NCBI GenBank assembly: GCA_963664405.1
Contig: OY761158.1
Span: forward strand, 5,344,001 to 5,408,000
DNA length: 64,000 nucleotides
From: Thermoanaerobaculia bacterium
GTDB lineage: Bacteria; Acidobacteriota; Thermoanaerobaculia; Multivoradales; Multivoraceae
Direction: 5' to 3'
Shown: positions 10,381 through 19,301 of the stretch, piece by piece
Numbering within the stretch: the stretch's first letter is position 1
Layout of the letters: each line of letters starts with the position of its first letter
Notes under the pieces: model-generated
Seen by the model: only the letters and a program-made list of their open reading frames with translations
What the model was told of the DNA's origin: nothing
Databases searched by the model: none
Position numbers and translations under genes: made by a program

Positions 10381-12177
10381 TCAGCTGCGAGGCGGGAGGA
10401 TCTTCAGATCGATCCTCACTGCCCCTTCGAGGGGATCGTCGAGCACTTCTACGGTCTCGTTTCGAACCGCCAGGTTGACCCCTTTCGCCACGAGCGGACC
10501 CGAGGCTGCCCACATCGATCGGATCGAAGCCGGTAGCTGCGGAAGCGTCCGTCCATTGACAACCAGACCCTTGCCGCGGACGACTCCCAGGACGACGAGA
10601 TCCCTAGGCCCATGTTGACTTTGAAGAACGTCGAAGGACTCGGAGAAATCGCGGGGGACGGTTGGCTCCATGCGGAGTCGAGCGGCATCGATAGAGGCGC
10701 CGTCGCCGACAAATAGGTAGTAGGGGCCCTTTGCTAGGTCCCCCGGGACGGTGACCTCGAGATCCTTGCGGAAAGTCTCGCCTCGGAAGCGCCGTAGGTC
10801 GAGGTGTACGGTGAGAGACTCGCCCGGATGGACCTCGCTCCTCGACGCGTGGGCGCCGACGAGGGTGACGGTTTGCGGCTCGGGGGATTGCGTCAGCTCG
10901 ATGTCGAGGCCCTCGACTGTCACCGACTCGGTATTGTTGTTCATGACGAAAGACATCAATGAAAGCACGTAGATTGCCGAGTTGAGAGGGGCGTTGTTGC
11001 CCGTGAAATGCTGCTCGACATCCAGCTCTTCGTAGCCGGCCAGCTTGAGTCGTGCGCGTAGTAGCAGGTCCTGGTTCCCTGCCTGATGGCGGGCGACATC
11101 CATCGCCTCCAGTACAGAGACGGCACTCAGGGTCGGCGTGTTTATCGGAATGTCAGCTACTTCGACCTCATAACTACGCTCGGGTGTCCCGAGCACTCGA
11201 ATACTCAGCGGAATCGTGTGCGCTCGGCTGCCCATCCTTCCGAGCATTCCCACCAGTCGGTCTTCCTCGAATGCCCCAACCACCGGCCCCACATTGGCGA
11301 GCTTGAAGGAGGAGGATCGGCTGGAAATCACGCTAACGACCTCGGCTGTAGCCATCGGTACTCGGATCGGTCCAAGTCCCATATAAGAGTGGCCGAAGGC
11401 GAGAATCTCGTCTCCGCGTCGTTCGGTGACCGTACCGGTGAAGGTCATCTGGAGATCGCCGCCGACGAGAAGCCCTGCCACAGCGCTGCCGGCGGCGAGC
11501 TCGGTGTCGAGATCGGGGCTCGATCCCGCTGGAGCGACAGGGCCGAGTGCCTTCTCCAGCAGGCTCCTGGTGGATTCGCCGAATCCCACCGTGCCCCATT
11601 GAAGGGAGGAGTTAGCTCCGTTGACGAGGCGAGGCGCCAGCTGAGCGATTCTCTCTTGGAGTACCAGGGTGGAGAACTCGCCGCTCATCAGTTGCTCTAG
11701 CTCGACCGAGCTTGGAGGGGGTATCGCCGGGACTCGCGGCAGAGAGCCCATTTCGCGCATTGCCCCGATCGGCGTGATGCCCGCGATGGCCTCCTTGCTG
11801 AAGGTCCACGAGAAGGCGACGGCTCCGGCGAGCTGATCGCCCAGGTAGATCGGACTGCCACTCATTCCAGCGATGACGCCACTATCTTCGAGGCCCTTGC
11901 CGTGAAGGCGGGCGAGAATGAAACTGGTCCCCGGGTGGAGGTTTCGCATCAGACCGAGAACTTCGACATCGAAGCGCTCGGGAGCGGTCCCGGAGAAGAC
12001 CGACAAGCCATAGCCCTTGTCCCCTCGCTGGACGTCGTCGACTGCGATCGTGTCGATCGTGGTCTGGCCTGGTGCCATGTTTGCCGCGCCCAGGCTGATG
12101 GCCAGCAGAAGCGGCAGCAACGAAGATCGTCTCATTACTTGCGGGCAGCTCTTGGAGGTGGAATAGGTGGGTTTCAC
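10381..12177 (-). CDS. SpoIVB peptidase S55 domain-containing secreted protein
   Basis: GVIAGMSGSPIY, GITPI, GTVT...ILAFGHS; start GTG 12177 (overlaps tsaC stop) or ATG 12135. Confidence 0.8.
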   Translation of the reverse strand: MKPTYSTSKSCPQVMRRSSLLPLLLAISLGAANMAPGQTTIDTIAVDDVQRGDKGYGLSVFSGTAPERFDVEVLGLMRNLHPGTSFILARLHGKGLEDSGVIAGMSGSPIYLGDQLAGAVAFSWTFSKEAIAGITPIGAMREMGSLPRVPAIPPPSSVELEQLMSGEFSTLVLQERIAQLAPRLVNGANSSLQWGTVGFGESTRSLLEKALGPVAPAGSSPDLDTELAAGSAVAGLLVGGDLQMTFTGTVTERRGDEILAFGHSYMGLGPIRVPMATAEVVSVISSRSSSFKLANVGPVVGAFEEDRLVGMLGRMGSRAHTIPLSIRVLGTPERSYEVEVADIPINTPTLSAVSVLEAMDVARHQAGNQDLLLRARLKLAGYEELDVEQHFTGNNAPLNSAIYVLSLMSFVMNNNTESVTVEGLDIELTQSPEPQTVTLVGAHASRSEVHPGESLTVHLDLRRFRGETFRKDLEVTVPGDLAKGPYYLFVGDGASIDAARLRMEPTVPRDFSESFDVLQSQHGPRDLVVLGVVRGKGLVVNGRTLPQLPASIRSMWAASGPLVAKGVNLAVRNETVEVLDDPLEGAVRIDLKILPPRS

Positions 12178-12806
12178 GAGTCGGATCCTGTGTTTTGCTC
12201 CAGGAGCTCGCGAGAATATCGGCCCGGGCGCAGGATCGAAAACCCCGCTCCGGACCATCGTACCAGGGTCGATGGCGGCCCTCCCGGCGTTACGCCGTCG
12301 TCGATGAGCCAGGCGTCGCTGCCGGCAATGAGCGCGGCGGCTTGTTCCGGGGTTGTGATCGCCGGCTCTCCGCTCTCATTGGCGCTGGTTGCGGTGAGCG
12401 CAGTCCCCAGCTCCGAGAGTAGCTCGCGCAGCCCTCGATGAGCGGGGATTCTCAGGGCCAGGGTTGAGCTTCCGGCACTAGCTGGAATGGGAGCGTCGAT
12501 CGAGACCACCAGTGATAGTGCCGCCGGCCAGCGCTCTGCCACCGCCTCCAAACCCGGTGAATCGAGCTGAACGCCAAGGGCCTGGGCCTGCTGGAGATCC
12601 GCGACCACCACCGGGAGAGGCTTGTCGGCCGGCCGCCCCTTGACTCGAAAGATCGCCTCGACGCCGCGCAAGCTCAGAGGGTCGGCCGCCAGGCCGTAGC
12701 TCGACTCGGTTGGAATGGCCAATAGACCGCCGCGTTTCAGAGTCTCGCGCAGGACGCTCGAGTCCTGTCCCCATGTCCAGATGCGGGCTTGGTGGCTGGC
12801 TGCCAT
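12174..12806 (-). CDS. tsaC: L-threonylcarbamoyladenylate synthase (YrdC/Sua5 family, short form)
   Basis: IPTESSYGLAAD, KGRPADKPL, LRIP, TATSANESG, PST. Confidence 0.9.
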   Translation of the reverse strand: MAASHQARIWTWGQDSSVLRETLKRGGLLAIPTESSYGLAADPLSLRGVEAIFRVKGRPADKPLPVVVADLQQAQALGVQLDSPGLEAVAERWPAALSLVVSIDAPIPASAGSSTLALRIPAHRGLRELLSELGTALTATSANESGEPAITTPEQAAALIAGSDAWLIDDGVTPGGPPSTLVRWSGAGFSILRPGRYSRELLEQNTGSDS

Positions 12807-12824
12807 AGGCGCAGGAGATCGGGT

Positions 12825-14540
12825 TCAGCCCGCCGCTGCCTCGGCGAGCATTTCCTGAGCGTGCGACAGTGAAGCCACCCCAGCTTCCTCACCGCCAAGC
12901 ATTCGCGCGATCTCTTCGACCCGTGCCTCAGCTTGGAGAGGCTCGACGCGGACGAAGGTGCGCCCCTGGCTCACTTCCTTTTCGACCCGGAAGTGGTGTT
13001 CTCCCTGACTTGCCACTTGAGGCAGGTGGGTGACACTGAGCACCTGCGCCGCTTCGCCGAGCTTTCTTAGTTTGCGACCGAGGATCACAGCTTCTACGCC
13101 GCCCACCCCCGCGTCGACTTCGTCGAAGACCAGGGTCGGCTGACCCTCCGCCGCGGAGTGTCCGAGCAGTTGCAGCGCCAGGTAGACCCGAGAGAGCTCG
13201 CCTCCCGAGGCGACTCGCGAAAGCGGTCGAAGGTCTTCGCCTGGATTGGGAGAGAAGAGGTAGCTCACTTCGTCGACACCGTAGCTCCAAAAGTCGACGG
13301 CCTGACCGCCGACGATGAGAAGACTGTCCTCGCGCGAGCGACGCTCGATCGCCACTTCGAGGCGGGCGTCGGGGAGTGCGAGTTGAACGAGCTCGTCCTG
13401 TACTTGCGCAACCAGATCCGACGCCCACAATTGGCGCATTGCGGACAGCTCGCAGGCCGCCTGTCGGTAGCTCTCCAGAGCCGCTTCGACTCGCTCGCGG
13501 AGCTCTTCCTCGTTCTCCGATCCGCGATTCAGCTGTTCCAGCTCTTCTCGCATCCGGGCTGCCTTGGCGATGACCTCGGCGCTGTTGGCGCCGTACTTTC
13601 GGAGCAGGCGCTCGATCGAGGCCAGCCGGTCTTCGATGCCGGCAAGTCGAGTCGGATCCGCCTCGACGCGGTCCATGCGTGCTCTGCCGCTGCGAGCTAC
13701 TTCTTCGGCGCGAATGCGAAGCTCCTCGATCTCGGCTCGCCAACCCTTGCTCTCGGGCTCCCATTCGACGATCTCGGCGAGTGACGGCTCGAGTGCCGCG
13801 AGATGCTCCGTTACCGAGCCCTCGGCGTCGACCAGCCGGGAGACGAGCTGAGCGAGTGCGGCTGAGATCTGCTCGCTGTTGCGCAGGACATCGCGTTCCT
13901 GCCGCAGCCTCACCTCTTCACCCGCTTCGAGGTTTGCGGTCTCGATCTCACCGAGCTGGTAGGTGAGGAGGTCGACCCGCTCATGGCGGAGTCGCTCGTC
14001 GCCGCTCGAGTGCTCGAGCCTCTCGGTGGCGATGCGCACCTCCTCGAAGAGCTCGGCGACACTCGCCAGCAGCTGTGCCCCTTCCTCGCCACCCTGGCGG
14101 TCGAGCCATGAGCGTTGGAGTGCGGTTTGGAATAGACCGATCTCGTCTCGCTGGCCGTGGATCCGAAGGAGGTGGGGGGCGATGACCTTGAGGAGTCGCA
14201 GAGTGATCGGATGGTCGTTTACAAAGACCCGATTGCGCCCGCCGCGGCTGACCTCTCGACGAATGACCAGCTCGTCGGCATCGGACGCGACAGCGGCCTC
14301 TTCGATCACGGTGATGCACTCGGGAGGGACATGCTCGAATGTGCCGGTGACCGTGAGGACGTCGGCGCCGGTGCGGATGAGATCCGGCTTGGCCCTGTCG
14401 CCGGCGAGGAGAGAAAGAGAGTCGACCACGATCGACTTGCCGGCGCCGGTCTCGCCGGTGAGGACGTTGAGCCCTTCCTCGAGCTCGACCGTGGCTTCCG
14501 CGAAAACCGCCAAGTTACGGATGAAGAGATGAGAGAGCAT
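12825..14540 (-). CDS. recN: DNA repair protein RecN
   Basis: ATG 14540 MLSHLFIRNL; LTGETGAGKS Walker A, ASGGELSR signature, VFDEVDAG Walker B, THLPQVAS. Confidence 0.95.
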   Translation of the reverse strand: MLSHLFIRNLAVFAEATVELEEGLNVLTGETGAGKSIVVDSLSLLAGDRAKPDLIRTGADVLTVTGTFEHVPPECITVIEEAAVASDADELVIRREVSRGGRNRVFVNDHPITLRLLKVIAPHLLRIHGQRDEIGLFQTALQRSWLDRQGGEEGAQLLASVAELFEEVRIATERLEHSSGDERLRHERVDLLTYQLGEIETANLEAGEEVRLRQERDVLRNSEQISAALAQLVSRLVDAEGSVTEHLAALEPSLAEIVEWEPESKGWRAEIEELRIRAEEVARSGRARMDRVEADPTRLAGIEDRLASIERLLRKYGANSAEVIAKAARMREELEQLNRGSENEEELRERVEAALESYRQAACELSAMRQLWASDLVAQVQDELVQLALPDARLEVAIERRSREDSLLIVGGQAVDFWSYGVDEVSYLFSPNPGEDLRPLSRVASGGELSRVYLALQLLGHSAAEGQPTLVFDEVDAGVGGVEAVILGRKLRKLGEAAQVLSVTHLPQVASQGEHHFRVEKEVSQGRTFVRVEPLQAEARVEEIARMLGGEEAGVASLSHAQEMLAEAAAG

Positions 14541-14569
14541 GGTCGGCGGCCGGCCTTTATGCGGAGACC

Positions 14570-14956
14570 CTACGAATGGTTCCAGGTAGTGGAGACGTAA
14601 TCTTCGTCTTCGAGCGCGCGGCGCTCGGAGCTGAGGAAGTCGTAGTAGCCACAGCGTACCGTGCCTGGGAACTCGCGGCAGATCTTGGGACGAGCGTGGT
14701 AAATCGTGCATTGGCGAGTCTCGCCATCGAGAAATTGGCAGGCTGTTCCGAAGTGCTCGTCCGGCTTATGCTTGAGCACCCGCTCGCCCTTCTCTTCGCC
14801 TTTCTTGGTGAAGCGCTTGCGGGCGGTCTCTTCATCGACGCCGAAATGTGCTGCGAGTCGACGCACGTCCTTCTTCTTGACTTCGATTCTGGCGTAGGTG
14901 CAGCAATACGCCGGGCAGCGGTCGCAGTTGTAGAAGGTGGGTAGCTGTTGGCTCAC
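14570..14956 (-). CDS. YkgJ-family cysteine cluster protein (CxxCxxCC)
   Basis: CDRCPAYCC...CQFLD...CTIYHARPKICREFP. Confidence 0.85.
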   Translation of the reverse strand: MSQQLPTFYNCDRCPAYCCTYARIEVKKKDVRRLAAHFGVDEETARKRFTKKGEEKGERVLKHKPDEHFGTACQFLDGETRQCTIYHARPKICREFPGTVRCGYYDFLSSERRALEDEDYVSTTWNHS

Positions 14957-15035
14957 GATCTCGATCTCCCTCAGGACTGAGGATACGCCTTCACGACTGA
15001 GGGTACGCCATACAGAACCTCTATTGGAAGCCCGC

Positions 15036-15926
15036 TCAGCCTCGACCGAAGAGAGCGCGCGCTACATGCATGGCGATGCGGGGGTTTTCGCGGAGCCGCC
15101 GCAGCGAGTAGTTGTACCAATCGGGACCGTAAGGGACATAGACACGGAGTCGGTTGCCCTCCGCTACCAGGTCGCTGCGCAACCTCGGGGTCACTCCGAG
15201 CAACATCTGAAGCTCGTAGTCATCCACTTCGAGGCCCTGCTGTCTTACTCGGTCGAGCGATCGCCGGACCAAAGGTTCGTCGTGGGTGGCGATACCCACG
15301 TAGGCTCCCGCTTTCAAGAGCTTGTCGAGAGTAAGAAGGAAACCGGTGCGGATGTCTTCGAGGCCGACGAAGGAGATCTCCGGCGGCTCGACATAAATGC
15401 CTTTGCAGAGGCGTACGTTCGCCTTGTCCGGAAGCTTGGCAACATCGTCAGGTGTGCGGCGAAGGTAGGCCTGAAGCACGACTCCGACATTTTCGTAGTC
15501 GCGGCGGAGATCGCGATAGAGCTCGAGAGTGGCGTCGGTTGAGGCGTGGTCTTCCATGTCGATACGGACGAAACCGCCGACGTCGTGCGCCGCTCGCACC
15601 AGCGTCGCTAGATTCTCGCGGCAGACCGCCGGATCGAAAAGGAGCCCGAGATGGGTCGGTTTTACCGAAATAGAGGGCTCGATACCGTGATCGGCGAGAG
15701 TGTGCTGCAGCGCCTTATATTCGTCGACCGCGGCGCTCGCTTCCTCGACATTTGCGACGTGCTCCCCGAGAAGAGCGACGGTCGCAGAGCAGCTCGCCGC
15801 CCTCAGCGCTTCGACCGTCAGCAGCGCCTCGTCCCGAGTGACTCCCGCGACGTAGCGCTTTGCCACGCGGTGAACGATAGGTCTGGGGACGAGCGGCAGG
15901 CTAGAGGCAAGGAGCCGGCTGAACAC
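15036..15926 (-). CDS. Monofunctional proline dehydrogenase
   Basis: SVKPTHLG, VRIDMED, VVLQAYLRRT, VRLCKGIY, IATHD, QMLLGV, RVYVPYG...RRLRENP. Confidence 0.92.
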   Translation of the reverse strand: MFSRLLASSLPLVPRPIVHRVAKRYVAGVTRDEALLTVEALRAASCSATVALLGEHVANVEEASAAVDEYKALQHTLADHGIEPSISVKPTHLGLLFDPAVCRENLATLVRAAHDVGGFVRIDMEDHASTDATLELYRDLRRDYENVGVVLQAYLRRTPDDVAKLPDKANVRLCKGIYVEPPEISFVGLEDIRTGFLLTLDKLLKAGAYVGIATHDEPLVRRSLDRVRQQGLEVDDYELQMLLGVTPRLRSDLVAEGNRLRVYVPYGPDWYNYSLRRLRENPRIAMHVARALFGRG

Positions 15927-15932
15927 GAGAGC

Positions 15933-16844
15933 TCACCCCGCAGGCGCGAGATTCGCGACGTGTTCGTGGGCGTGATAGCTCGAGCGCACCAGAGGCCCCG
16001 ATTCGCAGTGTGCGAAGCCGAGGTCGAGTGCCATCTCGCGCAGTTCGGAAAATTCGTCGGGGTGGACCCAACGGTGAACTGGGAGGTGCTTGCGAGTGGG
16101 CCGGAGGTACTGACCGAGGGTTAGAATTTGAGCCCCGGCGTCGGCGATATCCTTGATCGTCTGGTCGAGCTCGACGCGCTCCTCTCCAATGCCGAGCATG
16201 AGCCCGGTCTTCACGCGCCCCTCGTACTCGACTCTCCGCTGCCGTGCTGATGCCTCGCGGAGAAGGCCGAGGCTTTGTGCGTAGTCGCTCCCTGGACGGG
16301 CTGCTCGATAGAGGCTCGGAACAGTCTCCATGTTGTGGGAGAAGACTTCGGGAGAAGCTTCGAGAACGGTATCGAGGGAGCTCGCGCTGCCTCGGAAGTC
16401 GGGGGTAAGCACTTCGACCGCGGTCTTGGGATTGAGCTTGCGGATGGCCCGGATGACGTCGGCGAAGTGGCCGGCGCCGCCGTCGTCGAGGTCGTCACGA
16501 TCGACGGAAGTGATGACTACGTGCTGGAGGTCCATGGCAAGAACGGCCGCGGCGACATGCGCGGGCTCACTGGCGTCGACTCCGGGTGCCGGCTTTCCTG
16601 TATGGACGGCGCAGAAGCCGCAGTTACGGGTGCAGGTGTCGCCGAGGATCATGAAAGTGGCGGTGCCATGCTGCCCCCAACACTCATAGATATTGGGGCA
16701 GCGCGCCTCTTCGCAGACCGTGTTGAGGTTTAGGTCCGCGACCAGCCGACGAACCTCTTGGAACCGCGGTGGTGTAGTGAGGCGGACGCGGAGCCAGCTC
16801 GGCTTGCGCTCCGTAGTGGAGCTCAGTTGGACCAGGGACACCAC
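15933..16844 (-). CDS. lipA: Lipoyl synthase
   Basis: CEEARCPNIYEC and CTRNCGFC cysteine motifs; GPLVRSSYHA. Confidence 0.96.
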   Translation of the reverse strand: MVSLVQLSSTTERKPSWLRVRLTTPPRFQEVRRLVADLNLNTVCEEARCPNIYECWGQHGTATFMILGDTCTRNCGFCAVHTGKPAPGVDASEPAHVAAAVLAMDLQHVVITSVDRDDLDDGGAGHFADVIRAIRKLNPKTAVEVLTPDFRGSASSLDTVLEASPEVFSHNMETVPSLYRAARPGSDYAQSLGLLREASARQRRVEYEGRVKTGLMLGIGEERVELDQTIKDIADAGAQILTLGQYLRPTRKHLPVHRWVHPDEFSELREMALDLGFAHCESGPLVRSSYHAHEHVANLAPAG

Positions 16845-16917
16845 GCCTTCATCTTATATCCCCCATCTGAATGGCCGCCGCAAACGTCGTCCAGGGCGGA
16901 GACTCGCTTCCCCTATC

Positions 16918-17185
16918 AGCAATAGGAAGCAACGCCCAAGTGCGCCGTCCTCGGCGCCAAAAGGCAACGAGCCATAGGAAGTGATAGCAATCACTTCCGA
17001 AGGCGAGCGCGGTGACGCGGCCCGAAGCGAATAGGAAGCAAGGCCAGAGTGCGGCGCCCTCGTCTGAGTCTTCGTTCTGAGCCGTTTTCCGGAGCGAGTA
17101 GGAAGCGAGGCCCAAGTGCGCCGTCCTCGGCGCCAGACAGCAACCTAGCCGCAGGAAATGATAGCGATCATTTCCGTAGGCTAGG
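16918..17185. repeat. Intergenic imperfect direct repeats carrying a covarying hairpin (family A)
   Basis: TAGGAAGC.A.GCC..AGTGCG at ~16923, ~17032, ~17099; hairpin GGAAGTGAT-AGCA-ATCACTTCC in copy 1 and GGAAATGAT-AGCG-ATCATTTCC in copy 3. Confidence 0.8.
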
Positions 17186-19055
17186 GTGTGTACCAGATGG
17201 GTGAGGACCAGGCGCGATCCTGAATCGTCGAATGCATGTCAGGTCGCGGCTCGACCCCTGCGCGGATCGCGTCCCAGGTCGACCAACGGCAGATCGGATT
17301 CTCCAGCACGCGGGTGTAGTAGAAGGCATGCTGGTCGGGCTCGAAGTCGGGATCGCTCCACACGGTCGCAAGCTCGCTCGCGCCCTTTCCGGGCGTCGGC
17401 GCGCAGGTCGCAAGGTCGACGCGCGCGCCATTGTCCGGGCAGCGATGGGTGCTTGGATCGACAGTACCGCCGTCCGAGCAGGCGATGTCGTACACCTGCT
17501 CGGAGGTCTCGCCGTCGTCGACCCAGCCTTTGATGATCTGCAGACGCTGCAGAGATCCACTATCTGGGTCGCGCATCGCCCAGACGAAGAAGCTCGGCGC
17601 GCTGTCGCCATTCGGAGCTAGGTCTGAGCCCATCGGCACGCCGGTGGCGTAGGCCCTCTCGATGTTGTCGGGAGCGGTCACCAAAGACTCGTCGAGGCCG
17701 TAGCCTCCGAAAAAGCGCACTTTGATGTGCGGGCCGCTGGTGCTGAAGGTCTCCTTGCGGCGGAAGGCGTCGAAGATCGATTCACGTGTATTCGATTCCG
17801 CCCAGACGCCGGCGAGGCCTGAGGCACCCCAGTACTTCGATGAGCCGTTGGCGTAGGGCTCACCGTCTGGCCCCGGCTCGTCTAATGGCACCGAGCCGCG
17901 CTGTTGGGGCTGGATGTCGTTGACTCCGGTCTTGCTCCAGTAGTTGTCCTCCTCGAAGGAGCCGGCGGCATTGTGAGTGTCGGAAGAGCCGATGACGCCG
18001 AAGCGGTAGGGATTGAAGCCGCCGGCTTCCTCCATCACCAGACCGCGGAGATAGGCGTCGCGCACATAGCTCCCTGGCGGCTCGCTCAAGAGAGTGCTCG
18101 CAATCCGTAGCGGCATGATCTCGAAGTCGGCCCATTCGTCGTTGGGGGAGAGCATCGGGTGGGTGTCGGAGGTGCCCTTGACCTGGGTGTTCTCGACCAC
18201 CGGCTCGTTGCGCATACGAAGATCGGCGTACTCCGCGTCGATCGCTTCGCCCGCCTGATTCGTCTTCTCGAACATCCAGCCCCCCGAGCCGTTCATGTTG
18301 TGGGGTATCGCGATCGCGTCCATACCGTTGGCTCGATTTCCGTCCATCCAAGCCCACAGGTCTTCCGGGTTGAGGGAATCGAGGCGGCTGAAGGGCAGGT
18401 CCGGGTGCTCGCTACCGCGGAAGATCACGTTGCGGTGCAGGTTCTGCGATTCCGGCCCCGAGCTCGTGTACTCGTAGCCGATGAAGGTGGTGAATGTTCC
18501 TGGGTCGTTGTGGCGCTCCGCGGCGGCGATGATCTCTTCCCACGCATCGCGCCTCACCTCCAGGTCGTTGAGGTCGTCGTCTACCTCCTCGCCACGTGCG
18601 TGCTTGCGCACATTCACCAGGACGTCGGTAAACGCCGTCGAGCCTGGAACGCCCGAGCCTCGCACCGTCTCGGCCAAGCGATGGTTGCCGTACTTCGATG
18701 TTTCGTCCCAGAGCTCGCGCATCATGCCGAGGTAAAAGGCGTGATCGGCGACGGCCTGGAAGTCGAGCGGTTTCTTCATCTGCATCATGAAGCCGGAGGC
18801 ATGCTCGATGGCGCCGCCCTTGGCGAAGACGTAGGCTTCGTCAGGCGTGCGGCGAGTGCCGAAGAGGAAGGCGTCGAAGGAGAGATTGGTATGGACGTGG
18901 AAGTCGCCGAAATAGGCGTTCTTGTTCGGATTGGATTCGATCGCCGAGCTCGGCGGCGAGGCTTGGGCCTCTTCGGCCGGCGTATCGGTTCCGCCTCCTC
19001 CGCAGGCGATCAGAGTCCCGACACCGAGCACCGCCAGTACACGTAAGTAGCCCAT
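17181..19055 (-). CDS. DUF3604 domain lipoprotein (PHP-like metal-binding fold)
   Basis: Lipobox LIAC; YFGDFHVHTNLSFDA, GYEYTS, NLHRNVIF, IPHNMNGS, GSSDTH, RAWSSPIWY. Confidence 0.88.
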   Translation of the reverse strand: MGYLRVLAVLGVGTLIACGGGGTDTPAEEAQASPPSSAIESNPNKNAYFGDFHVHTNLSFDAFLFGTRRTPDEAYVFAKGGAIEHASGFMMQMKKPLDFQAVADHAFYLGMMRELWDETSKYGNHRLAETVRGSGVPGSTAFTDVLVNVRKHARGEEVDDDLNDLEVRRDAWEEIIAAAERHNDPGTFTTFIGYEYTSSGPESQNLHRNVIFRGSEHPDLPFSRLDSLNPEDLWAWMDGNRANGMDAIAIPHNMNGSGGWMFEKTNQAGEAIDAEYADLRMRNEPVVENTQVKGTSDTHPMLSPNDEWADFEIMPLRIASTLLSEPPGSYVRDAYLRGLVMEEAGGFNPYRFGVIGSSDTHNAAGSFEEDNYWSKTGVNDIQPQQRGSVPLDEPGPDGEPYANGSSKYWGASGLAGVWAESNTRESIFDAFRRKETFSTSGPHIKVRFFGGYGLDESLVTAPDNIERAYATGVPMGSDLAPNGDSAPSFFVWAMRDPDSGSLQRLQIIKGWVDDGETSEQVYDIACSDGGTVDPSTHRCPDNGARVDLATCAPTPGKGASELATVWSDPDFEPDQHAFYYTRVLENPICRWSTWDAIRAGVEPRPDMHSTIQDRAWSSPIWYTP

Positions 19056-19301
19056 TCAACTTCCCCTTTGCTGTGACTTGGTTGGAGCGCGATCTTATAC
19101 GGTTCGCTCTCCGCCGGTGCTAGGCAGCGGGTTCGACGGCTTCCGCGACGAATTTCGCCAGGATTGACGACAACGATTCGCAGAAAGTTCTCTTCTCGGT
19201 CAATACACGCGGCCGTCGCGACAGCTTTCTGTTGCACCTCGAAGGAGCGGATGCAGGCACCAGCGACGGGAACGCGTCGCCGGGCGACGGCTGCTAGCCC
19301 T

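Noticed and set aside
14541-14711. N-terminal extensions in the ORF track for recN (also nadB, korA, the MerR gene and 54635-55921)
   Set aside because: They overlap upstream genes or promoter DNA; internal starts with SD or stop-start coupling fit better.
16918-17185. Possible CRISPR array
   Set aside because: Only 2-3 degenerate units with irregular spacing (109 and 67 bp), homologous 'spacers' and no cas genes.
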